Shown here piece after piece: positions 26,612 through 38,723 of a stretch of 64,000 bases of DNA. Position 1 is the first letter of the stretch. Every line of letters starts with the position of its first letter. Made by a program: the position numbers and the translations under genes. Source of the stretch: Zygnema circumcarinatum SAG 698-1b (Eukaryota > Plantae > Zygnematophyceae). The notes under the pieces were generated by a model. It made no database searches, had not been told where the DNA came from, and saw nothing but the letters and a program-made list of their open reading frames with translations. Location of the stretch: the NCBI GenBank assembly GCA_037447605.1, contig CM074809.1, positions 734,689 to 798,688 of the forward strand, read 5' to 3'.

Positions 26612-29463
26612 GAGAGAGAGAAAAGGGGGAGAGGGGGAGAGAATCTCTTCATGCTTGCCGAGCCCTTGGCTTGACACGCAAGTGTTTGAAAGGAAATTAG
26701 TGGTTTCAAGCTTGAACTCAGTCTGGAACTTCGAATCTTAGGAGGAGGAGGAGGAGGGAGGAGGGAGGGAGGGGAGGAGGAGTGTGAGGAGGGAGGGAGG
26801 GGAGGGGGGAAGGGAGGGGGAGGAGGGGGGGAAGCCTTAGTCGTCACCACAGTCACCTGCAACTTGCTGCCGCCTCTACAGGCCTGCAGGTCTGAGTAAC
26901 CGAGATGGCCTGACTCAGGGAGTTTTGTGCGGAGGTGATATGTACATTCGAGATCTGAAGAATACAAAGGGCCACATTTCAGGGCTCACTTCTGGAGAAT
27001 GGCATCCTCAAGAGCGCCATACGGCTGCGACTTCGAGTGAAGACGGATCAGTTCGGATATGGGATACAGCAAACTTCAAGACACAGAAGCAGGTCGGGAG
27101 AGGTTACTAGGAAGAAAATCAGAAGGCTTCTGGAAAGAGTTGAATCGGGAAGCTGGTTGCTATAACTTAAAGAGTTTTGAACAGTTTCGCGAGTTTTGCA
27201 TGTTTGCAGGAGGATTACCAGATGTTGCTTGCAGCGTTTTTGACATACAATACTGGATTGTTGCAGAAGTAGGTGAGTTACAGTTATGATTCTCGATTCT
27301 CTGTGTTGCAAAACTCTTAATGTTGCTTGCATGTGCAGGTTATAAAGCCCAAACTTGCTCGTCCAGGAAGAGTCGCTGTAACTGCTGTAACATGGGGCCC
27401 TGAAGGGCGCTGCCTTGCTGCAGGATTGGGAGATGGGTCCCTTCAGGTGAACTTCGCCTTTTACTTACCTTTTCCTTTTATCCTTCCCGTCCATTTACCA
27501 ATACCTTCCTCCCTCCTTTTCCCCCTGTCTCCTCCTAGATACTGCACATCACAATCTTTTCCTCAGACCCATTTCTCTCCCCTTTTCTCATCTCCTTGCA
27601 TGACTGCGTTTTGCTCCTCTGCTGTTTTGGAGCAGCCTGTTCTTGGTTATATATTCTCCTCCCTTGTCCTTTAAGCCGCTATTGCCTTTGCTTTCGCTTT
27701 TGCCCTTTCAATCCAAGCTTCCAATTGTTGACGGTCTGACTCATTCCCGGTAATTTTTAGCAGGTTATGACACTCCCCTGTTGTAAGTTCCTGAAGCTTT
27801 ATGATATTTCCCCCCCTTCCTTTGTTTTTCCGTTTGGGCTTTGATTGTGAAAAGCAGATATGGCAAGTGAAGGGGGGATGGGGAAGTCGACCGGACTTTT
27901 TCATAGCGGATGGGCACGAAGGTGGGGAGGAGGTGACCGGCTTACTTTTTTCAGCAGATGGAAACACATTAGCGACTCGGAGTACTGATGGAACACTAAA
28001 GGTATGGTGATGTGGAGATGTATATATATGTAAGCTCGTAGGAACTCAGGAAAGGGGGAGAACAGGTGGTTGTTACTTGTGTTCTATATGGTTGGCAGGG
28101 TTTGTAAGCATAATGCTTTGAAATTTTGAAAGGGGTATCTAAAAGGTGAGATGGAAGGACTTCGGAGGTTTTGGTTAACCGTACAATACTCCTTTCTTAC
28201 ATAACCTGCATGTCAAATCGTTCTCAAATGCTATTTTTCACTATAGTATTGTGCGAGGTCTCAGAGGAGGGGGCTCTCTATATCTTTTTTATCTCCCTAT
28301 TTCTTGTCTATAGTGTCGCCGTTTTAAGAGGAGTGAACCTTAAGTCTTTTAGACTGCTTTTGGGGTAGAGAGAGAGAGAGACGGAAGTGAGACTGAGATG
28401 ATGTGCCTGCCTTTGCAGATTTGGGATGTCAGGAAGTTCAAAAGCCCACTTGCAAAGTTTGATGCACTCCCCAACGCATACTCCCAAACCAACATGGCAT
28501 GGAGCCCCGATGAGCGGCTACTGTTGACGGGAACATCAGCAGAGAAGGGGTCAGCGGGAGGACAAATCGTCTTTATCGATAAGGACAGATTAGAGCTTGT
28601 GAGGAGGGCGGGAGTCAGCACCAATTCTGTGGTGAAAGTTGCATGGCATCCTCGGCTTAACCAGGTGCGAACACCTTCCGGGTTTTCTAAGTAGCCAAAC
28701 CTTATTCGATTCGATGCTTTTTCACTCAGTGCTTTTGGGCAGCCCCAAACCCTCCCGGTTTAATGTTAACTTCTCGCCTTTCTTTACTCTTGGCCGAGTT
28801 CTTTCCAATGCCCAGATATTCGCCACAACTGGAGATAAGAGTTCTGGGGGAACGCACGTGCTATATGATCCGGCATTCAGTGAGAGAGGGGCCCTTGTCT
28901 GCGTTGCACGTTCTCCTCGCACCCCCCGGCCCGAGGATATGGCTCTTAAAGCAGCGGCTCCTGCAATACACAACCCACATGCACTTCCTCTCTTTCGTGA
29001 GGCTCCAAGTCGCAAGAGACAACGAGAAAAGGCTCGCAAAGATCCCCTTGCAAGCAAGCGGCCGGACCTGCCCATGACAGGGCCGGGACATGGAGGGAGA
29101 GTGGGACAGTCCAAGGGAAGTCTGCTCACACAGTATCTTCTCAGAGTGAGGATTCTCGGCCTCTCTAATCGCTGCTCTCCGCACTTTCTTTCTACTGCTT
29201 TTCCCTCTCGATGATGTACATCTGTTTCGGGTTTCTCTTCTGTTCTAATTGCTCTTTTCTGAGGTGGGGGCGTGTCTTTGTTTTCATTGGCAGGAGGGAG
29301 GTCTGAAGAAGGAGATTTGGATGGACGAAGACCCGAGGGAGGCCATTCTTCGCTATGCGGAAGTTGCAGCCAAGGACCCACAGATCATCGCTCCCGCCTA
29401 CGCTTCCACGCAACCACATCCCGTCTTCCAGCCGGAAGATGACGAGGACGAAGAAAAAAAGTG
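23464..29463 (+). CDS. WDR70: WD repeat-containing protein 70 (GAD-1-like), multi-exon; one exon appears frameshifted
   Basis: MGLRAAFPTTFGKQ; VPLSNEVVLKGH; VSALAVDPTGSRVLTGSYDY; GDMYIRDLKNTKGHISGLT; PAIHNPHALPLFR; WMDEDPREAILRYA. The 5' exons 23464-23496, 23881-23944, 24349-24407 and 24662-24808 join in frame but are less certain. Confidence 0.92.
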
Positions 29464-30342
29464 ATAGGGGAGACAAGTAGGGCTTGTGAAGTAGCAATCC
29501 AATAGGCAACCTTTTTCTGTGGATGAAGGTTCCATTTTGTGTAAACTTTTTTGCAGTACGTGAAGCCTTTTCTGGCCGATTCACTGAAAGCCTCTGAGCC
29601 TCTGTGTGTACAGTTAAAGAATTTGTGACCCGTTTCTCCAGGCAAAAGGCCTTGGAAAGCTTTGTGGCCCCTCACCTTGCAGGAAGTGCGTTGGCAGAGG
29701 CGTGAAATCGAACATACGGTAGTCCTCTTTTCAAGGTGACTGTGGGAACGTCTTCTGTCTGTCGGATGTCTTTATGATGGAGGGCTTCGATGTGGGAAGA
29801 TGTGCAGAAGCCCACACAAGCAATACATGTCACAATAGCTTCAAAAGTATTTCATATAGGGAATGTAAAAACTCACAACGAAAGTAAATGACTAAGGCAA
29901 TAACTCTATTTTCAGAGCTATGCAAGGACATTGGGGGGTGATGCTACATGGCTACGGATACTATGGAGCGGCCTTTGAGACCAGTAAAAGACCTGAGACT
30001 TTGATACAGTACCGCATGAATGGATGGTAAATGGCTCCCGAACGAAGGCGCATCCGGCCTAAGACAATTTCCGTTCTAAACTGAGACTATCAAAAAGCTA
30101 AGCATGCCTCTCACATAAGCAAGGCTTAGGATGCTCCCAAAACCCAACAATGAGCTCTATATGCCACACGGCTAAAAAGAGCTGGAAACAGACTGCCGCG
30201 GTCAGTCCTGCACAACGCCATGGCGGCCCTAAAGCATGGCAACAATTGAAGCATGTCAGATTGGAGACGTTGCCTTGCCTTGAACTAAATTGCCGCCTGG
30301 CCTTTACATACTGAGCTTCCGTGTGCTTAAACAAACGCCCCT

Positions 30343-33010
30343 TTAGAAGTTGCAATCGAAGCTCCCGTTGAAGAAGCTGGGGTTCATAGAAAAGTTGTTT
30401 TGAGAGAAAAGGTAATCTGTAGCGCCCGAATCGAAGGGACTCTCATATTGAAAGGCGCTGAAACTGTCAGTCGAGGGAGTCCTTTGAAAGGCCCCCCCTC
30501 CAGAGAGAGTCTCCGCGCTGCCCTGAGAGCCCGCAGAGGAGCATCCTCCTCCCCCACCCACCGGAGGGCTATCGTCTGCAAGCAGTCGGGAGAGAAGCTC
30601 CTCCAAGTGCTGAGCTGTAGCGTCTCTATTGGCCTTCGTCAATGTCAAAACAGCTGAAAGGAGGGAGAAAGAAAGAAGCACGTATAGTGAGTGTGAGGAT
30701 GGGAGGGATGGGCCCTCTCACTTTTCTCCTTCCTGCCTCTCCACTCTCACATTTCTCTCTCCTATCTCTCTCCTCCCGTTCTCTCTTTCTTTCGCTCTTG
30801 CTTTCACTCCCTCTCTCCCATCTCTCTCTGTTTCGCTCTTGCTCTCATTCCCCATCATTCTCTCCCTCTCTCACATCTCTCTCTTTCGCTCTTGCTTCTA
30901 CTCGCCCTCAGTTTCTCCCTCTCTCTCATCTCTCTCTCTTCCGCTCTTGCTCCCACTCGCCCTCAGTCTCTTCCTCTCTCCCATCCCTCTCTCTTTCACT
31001 TTTTCTCTCTCTTTCTCTCGCTCTCTCTGTCAGGCTGGCACTGTTGCAATCACCTGTATCGCCGCGCTGCTTGATCTCATCCACCAATGGCAAGGGATGC
31101 CCATAACGAGGGGCAGGAAGCGATCCAAACACCTGCACTCAAAGAGGACACGCACATGCTTCCGTTCAAATGCAATACCCAAACTACTCCCACGGGGCCT
31201 TTTTTTGCAGAGAGCAGAGTAAAGGAAAGATATGATTGGAAGGACAACTGACAATTGAAATCTGTGTCGAAACTGTCCTTGTTTAAGGAGGGAAGTGAAG
31301 GACTTACTGCTGCTTTAGGAGAGGACAGAAGATCTACAACTGCTTCAGAGAACCGTTCGCTACATAGAGCCATCCTGCCAACCTGCATGGAGATGGTAGA
31401 GGGAGGTTGTTTCAGAACTTCGTGTCCTATTCGGAGAAAAGGATGAGTGAGAGAGAAGAGACGAAAGATGCAAGAAGGAAGCGTTCATATGAAGCAACTA
31501 TTAATATTTGAGTGAATCAAATTGTGGAGGACGGACTCACCTCATCGATAATATGTAACTTAATCGAGTCATTAGCCGTCATATATGGCATCACCACTCG
31601 CTCAAAGTCATCGATAGCCACATAGTACTTCCCGATCTGTTTCAGAGATTGAAGAAAGAAAGAACATTCAGCGAAGGTAAAAAGGGATTCTAAGTAGCAA
31701 AAGCCCTTTTTCTATGAATGCGTTGGGTCTGTGTTCATTGGCCCTTGCATGCGGCTCTGCTTACCTTCATCAAACAATTACAATTGAGTTTTGTAAATAT
31801 AAGTTTGTTTAACCTTCGCAATATTTGGAGTTTTTTAGAGGATTAGTGCTCAAACCTTTGGCCCACAGCCCCGCCGTAGACGGCATAGAGGAGCTCTCTC
31901 TCCGTTGAAAGTAACTGAAAGGTTCAAAACATGCACAATTCATGCAAGTAAATATTTTTTAATTTCGAGAGCGATCCAATCAGATGCGAATGCCTCTCCC
32001 ATTCCTATTGTGCGAATACCGGCTAGATCAAAGTGGGATTAGACTGAATAGAGACTAGATTTCAGTTTAGAATAAAGTAACCTCCCTCTCACCAGATGGG
32101 TTTGAATAGAGAGTAAACAAGGGTTCGCCGAGTTCCTTGAATGGGGTGGGTATAAAGTGATAGAAGGGCCCTTACCAACATCAAGACCTAATCTCTCTCC
32201 AGTCCCCTCCGCACGCGCTTCAACGGTGTAAAAGCCAGCAATAAGATGTGGCGGAAGTTTGCTCGCAACTTTCAATACAAGTCTGTCAAAGTAAAAGCAA
32301 AAAAAGAAAATCATAAGAGATTTATCTCTTGGAGGAAGGTTGGAAAGGTGGGGGGAAAGTTTATTCAGAGGGTGTACTTCCTTATCGAGATGCTCTTTAA
32401 AATAAAACCTTATGCTGAAGAAACGGAAAGAGAGGGAAAGTATAGAATGGAAAAGAATGCTTACTACATAGTCTCAGCTTGCAGAGTTCTAATTGACCAA
32501 GAATGGAAGGAGGGAGGGGAGGAGGAGAGTTCAGAAGGGAGACGAGAGAGGAAACGGAGAAAAATCGAGAGACAATGAGAGCGACAGTAGGAGAGACCAA
32601 CAGGAGGAAGTGTGTTCCAAAGCTTTGCACTGACCACAGGGGGGAGAGACTCACGAAGTTTTGCCGATGCCTGCCGCATCCCCAGCATGTCCATGACCCC
32701 ACACCCATGCGCCCAAGAAAAGATGAGGGAGGGAGGGAGGGAGGGAGGGAGGGATGGGAGGGAGGATAATGCCTAGATAAGGCATTATGGCTGCAAGTTC
32801 TGGATTGGATTGAATTTGAGAAGAGAGCGCACCTGGTTGGCCCGTTACAAAGACGTTGACCGCTGATTCACTGGGCGCCAGCCCAGTCATTTGCGAATAT
32901 TGGGAAGGGTGCAAATGGGGTATAAATTGGAGCGCCTTTTTATCGGTTCTCTGCATGACAAAGCCATCCCCAAGTTCCGAAACAAATATGTCAAAAGCAC
33001 GTGTAGACAT
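30343..33010 (-). CDS. NTPCR: Cancer-related nucleoside triphosphatase (NTPCR/THEP1, NTPase_1 family), multi-exon
   Basis: NVFVTGQPG|IGKTS Walker A; GFYTVEARAEGTGERLGLDV; IGKYYVAIDDFE; HIIDEVGRMALCSERF; VFGSLPAPRYG; LTLTKANRD. The start codon is uncertain (33010 or a later ATG). Confidence 0.88.
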
Positions 33011-34439
33011 ACTCAGGATGCATAAATTTAATGCCTGTGATGTGATGTGCGATGTGATACATAACGTTATATGTGATATCATATGTGAAGTCTCACACTC
33101 TCTCTCCCCCTTCTCCCTCCCTCCCTCTCCCTCTCTCTCCCTCTCTCCCTCCCTTCCCTCTCTCTCTCCTTGCCGCATAGTAGATCAAGATTTTCCAATT
33201 TTATAATTCCTTCTAAATCATAGTTGGCCCAAAACAGTTACTATTGAAGTGGGTTTAGAGACACGTATATGTCCAATTCAGATCAGTAAGAAACACGCAA
33301 CAGAGGAGAGAAACAGAGCAAGGAAATTCCAGCATTGTTTCAGTTACAATGCCAGAAGGGATAGATCTCATAAGGGGCTTCAAATAAGACGTTGTTGATG
33401 CTCCTGCTCGAATTCATTTGCCCATATTGATGCGCATTATATCTCGAAAAAGTACCCAAATACGGGTCTCTCTTCAGGAGATCACACACATGATGAAAAA
33501 TCTACTGTGAATAAACTTATCCTAAAACAAAAATATGGGAAAGAAGAAAGAATAACAGGTATCAGGCTCACCTACAAAGAAGCTCAAGTGGGTTATTGGA
33601 CGCTCAATGACGTGGCTAGCGGTGCTGCTCCTCTACCCTGTCACATATAATTCGACCAGACAACGTAGTTCACATTAGTCTCCCTTCAATTTGTTTTTCA
33701 AAGTGATCAAGTTCAAAGTAAGCCGCATGCAATATGCCGTACAACCCCATACAATCATCGTCCCTTCTCTCTTCCCTCCCTCCCTCCCTCCCTCCCTGCC
33801 TTCCTTCTAACAACCCCTACTATAATTTCTCCCTCTCTCGTCCCTTCCTCCCCCCCAACCTTATCCCGCCCCCCAGACTCATGCTCCCTCATTCTTCCCT
33901 CCCTCCCCCGTCCCGCATCCTACAGCCATCTATCCCTTCCTCCCTCTCTTTTCCCTCCCTCCACCCCCCTACATTCATCTCTAAACCTGTCTTTTCTTGG
34001 ATGACCCTACCACCTCATATCCCTCCCTTCGCTACGTCCCTTTGAAGTCCTCATCACCTCCTATATACTGCCTACCCATATTAATTCCTACATTTTCAAT
34101 CTCCTTATCTCAGCTGCACCTTCTTCACCTCCTTCCTAGCTCCACTTCTTGCCAAGCGCCTCTCTCTCCCTCACCCTCCCTCCATCTCCTGCTTCCCTTT
34201 CTCCCACTCACTCCATTCACCAGTGATGTCGTTTTCGCGCCTCTTCCACGCTTCCTCTCTTGCAGCTCCCTCCCTCCCTCTCTCCCTTCCGCCCTAGCTC
34301 TCTCCCTCTCCCTCTCCCTCTCTCCCTCTCTCCCTCTCCCTCTCCCTCTCTCCCTCTCTCCCTCCCTCGCTCTCTCCCTCAGCCTTCCCCTCCCTCTCTT
34401 CCCGCTTCGCTATCGCCACAGCCACTGTTCCTGGCTTGC

Positions 34440-36400
34440 GTGGCACTATAAATACTGATCATAGGGGCATTCACAGCCGTCGATTATTTTTCTAGATCGA
34501 CAGCCCAGGAACTCCCGATTCTTGAACGACGAATCGGTACTCAAAACCCCCATATTGTATTTACAACAGTACTTATTATATATTGCATACCTGCCCTGCT
34601 GGCACTGCCACCGTGGATTGCGGCGCGCGTCGGGCACGTGCCCGCCGCCTTGCGCATGACACGGTGGAGCGTTCCCATTGGCTTCTGGCTTTTCCGGCGT
34701 TCACACGGCCGCGCTGAGCTGGCGGCGGCGCTGGCGCCAGCGCACAGCTACGCGACAAGCCACGGACCAATCAGAGCACGCTGTGGCTCCCTCATTTAAG
34801 GTGGCCGCCCAGCCAGGGCTGTCGTGGCGCCGACGCATGCGACAGCGCGGCGTACGACCAGAAACGGACAACAGAAAATGTACGGATAAAAGTGGACCGT
34901 ACAACGCGTCCCTGGGTGCGGGGATCTCCGTCGCGTGAAATCGACGGCTGAGAGAGGCCCACAAACGGATCCACCAATGGGAACACAGCTTTCGATGCGC
35001 TGGCAGAAGATCGACGATTGTGAGTGGCTCTGTGGAGTCAACGGCGGTCAAGCGACGCGGTCTGGCAATGATCGGGTTTTTGGGAACCCGCATGAACGTT
35101 CGGCGGCGGCAGCATGTGTCGTTTATTGATGTTGCAGGCGGCGATATTTGGCGGCTTGCAAGGAGTCGCGACAAACAAAAGATTTTTACGAGATTTACAG
35201 ATGGTACAGATTTTTGGGAGATTTGTACAATCTGGTACTTTGGATGCTTCCGCGGCGGTCCAGGCTTGCGTCAGCGGGAGGGGTGGCCACGTGCTGGCCG
35301 GGTCCCGCCACTTGGGTCCGACAGGCTAATGAAATTTCGCCACATGGCAGACGAGGTGACCCATGGCTGCGTGTGCGGATGACGTCACTGTCGATCCGCA
35401 AGTTGCCACCGCCACGCGGTCCTGCCCAATCCGGGAGGGATCCACTTGAGATTTCTCTCGCTCACGATTGGTCGATCTGCGAGGATGAAATCCCGCGGCC
35501 GCGATTGGATTCTAGCGGCAAATCGTCCCGCAATGCGACGCGCATAGCTGAGGTCATTTTGACGTCAGAGATGATGATGGCCGCATGCGCATGACGGATG
35601 CGCATGGCCGTGACGTGATGGGCCCCGTCACTTGGGCGGGATTACTTCCACATCCCGTGGAGATGAACCGGCAAGTCAACGCCGCCTGCCCACGTGGCGC
35701 AAGCGCATCGCGAGATGTCGACATTGTGCCACGTCACACGTCGCGTTAATGTTGCGTTACTGTACTGTACGTCATGACTCGTGCTGTAAGGTACGTCACG
35801 TCGCATCACTGGGCATCTCGACATGGCATGTGCATATGCGTGTGCATGTGCGTGTGCATCTGCAATGCATGTGTTCATGCATGCATGCATGGCGGCGGGG
35901 AACAGTCCATGTGCGCATGGTGGAGCATGCCGCAAGTTTCATCTCCCCATGCCCAGGCAGGACAGGACCCTCGTCCCGCGGCCCCAGCGAACAGCTCGCG
36001 AGCAACAAGCCGGTCCTGCATGAGCCATGCATGACATGCCAACATTGTCATCTTGTCGCGACAGGAGACACCATCGTCCACACCACGCGAAGACCCATGG
36101 TTCGTGTGCCTCACCAAGGTTTCATGCTGAACTCCCTAGCGCAACAACAGGAGGCCAGTGCAGCGTCAACGAGCCTCTCCCCCTCCAGCGACAGCCTTAC
36201 CATTATGGAGGGAATTCCTAATTTCAACAAATATGTAATTTGTTTCTCCAAAAGAAAACCTTAAAAAAGCAATTGTCCATCACCAAAAGTTGTGGTTCCA
36301 TTCATGACGTAGGCCAATTATCAATCGCCACGTAAGCCCTACTTCCATGAGGTCAGCTGTGATTGGAGCATGAGTTACATGTGTTACAGTGTTGCAGATT
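34440..36400. promoter_or_regulatory. CpG-rich divergent intergenic region between NTPCR and PheRS
   Basis: TATAAATA at 34447; GGTGG-N9-ATTGG at 34663-34681; CCAAT-N9-CCACG at 36314-36332; many G-boxes; RY/CATG tract at ~35820-35920. Confidence 0.55.
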
Positions 36401-36522
36401 TCCCGTTTAACAGCCTCTAAATTTTTACTGGAACATGGAACCGCTCTTTTCCGCCCCTTCCAGGATCCCCCCCTTCAGGCGCACACAGCTCCACGTGGCA
36501 GCGTCCCGAGCCCCAGACCGCC

Positions 36523-38640
36523 ATGGGCGCCTCCTCCCTCTCCCTCTCCCACCTCGCCTCCTTCCCTCTCCCTCTCCCTCTCTCCAAGCTCTCTGAGTCC
36601 TCCCTCTTCCGCACCACCGCCATGGCGTCCTCGCTGCTCTCATCCTCCTTCACCTCCCACAAGCCGACTGCTGGAGCTCTCTCTACGCTCGCTAATGCTC
36701 TCTCGCCCTTTCGCAGAGCTCGCAGAGGAGTCAGCCATGGCTTCCCGAAGGAAGTGGTTGTGGCAGCAGGTTCATATTCTCGGCCATGGCGGACACCAGC
36801 AGGCCTTGCTGTCGAGAGGAAAGGGAGCCATTGGTCAGAGTACGGTCAACTCAAGTTCTCTAGTCTGGCAGAGCGCCACGTGGCGTCCAGGAGAAAGCCA
36901 TGGGGACAAGCTTCCGCAGTTTCCCGGGCGGGCGGGATGGTGCTCACGAAAGAAGGTATGCAGCTGCTATATATGTCAACAATATGCTAGGCTTTTTTGC
37001 TGAAATTTAGGGCTTTGACAGCTTCTTATGGTTTGACTTTTAGGGTTAGGGGTCAGGGCTTTTTCTAGCAAGACTTGTAAGAGCCATGAAGCAATTGATC
37101 TGTACTGATCAATATTCAGTAAAGGGGATAACGTTGCTAAAGTTTGTTCAAGCGGCTGCGGAACAGAGCTGGTGAAGGAGGAAGACCCCACCAACAATGT
37201 ATCTGATGCCATCTTCTCCAAGATTGGCATGCAGCTGCACCGCCGGGAAGACCACCCGCTCGGCATTTTGAAGGACGCCATTTACGAGTACTTTGACAAG
37301 AACTTTCCCGACAGATATACGAAGTTTGACGATCTATTTCCCATAGTATCCACCAAAGCTGTAAGTTCCCATTCTCAGCAATGTAGTGCAAGTCGATTGA
37401 GACCTCTCCTGGTAGTGACTGTTGTTTCACGCCTTGGACGCCCGGGATGCAGAACTTTGATGACATCCTTATTCCAGCAGACCATGTAAGCAGGGGCTAC
37501 AATGACACCTATTACGTTAATTCAGAAACGGTATTGCGCTGCCATACTAGCGCTCATCAAGCGGAAATGCTGCGTGAAGGGAATACACATTTTCTGATCA
37601 CTGGAGACGTGTACCGCCGTGACGCCATTGATGCAACTCATTATCCGGTGTTCCATCAGGTCTGTAAAGTGAAAAAGTCCTTTTTACGGCATAATGGAGG
37701 GGTTAGGTTCATTGGGTTGATATTAACAGGAACATCGACCTTTTATGACTGTGTAGTTGTCTTTGAGAGATCTAGTTCTGATTAGTTTAGAGCAGATATT
37801 ACATTTTCAATGATCATGTAAAGCTATATTATCTGAGTTTGTAAAACACTTAATTCAAGTATATTTTGCTGATACCCAGGCAAACACTATTGTTAAATTA
37901 GAAGGGCAGATTGTCATGCCCCACCATCCCCCGCGGATGAGAAATCCTATCTCTCATTCTACCTCCCCTCTTTTGTGAAATGCTTCCGCTTCCCTCTCCT
38001 GCTACACATTCCTCTCGCTCTCTTTCCCTTGCCCAAGCTGCCCCCCATGAGCCCCTCTTTCATTCTCGTCATTCTGTCACCACCCTATTTGCCTCCCAAT
38101 CGTTTCCATGTTTTCCGTTCCAGCCACCCTTTCCATGCCGCCCAGCCTCTGCTTTCCCGATGGTTACGGAATTGAGTGAATGCGCATGTGGAGCAGATGG
38201 AGGGCTTTAGAGTGTTTGAGGAAAAGGAGTGGGAGGCAGCGGGAGTGGATGGAACCACTTTGGCAGCCACAGAACTGAAGGCCACTTTGGAAGGCCTTGC
38301 CAAACATCTCTTTGGTCAGTTGTCTCTCCGTTTAGCCAGGCTCGTTTCACAATACTTAAACAAGTTTCAAGCTAGGACCCTTTTCCTGGTAAAGAAAGTT
38401 GATAGCAGCACCGTGTGTGTGTGTGCATGGTGAAGTTGCACCCGAAATCTATTCCACATTGTAAGCATGGAACATGTTTTGAATCTGATAGCGTGGGAGG
38501 TGGAGCTTTCGACAGGTGATGTCGAGATGCGTTGGGTCGATGCGTACTTCCCTTTCACAGATCCTTCCTATGAACTGGAAATCTTCTTCCAGGTAAAATC
38601 GCCTCCATGCCTTTGCTCCCATTCCTTCCAACTGAATACA

Positions 38641-38723
<83 letters not shown>

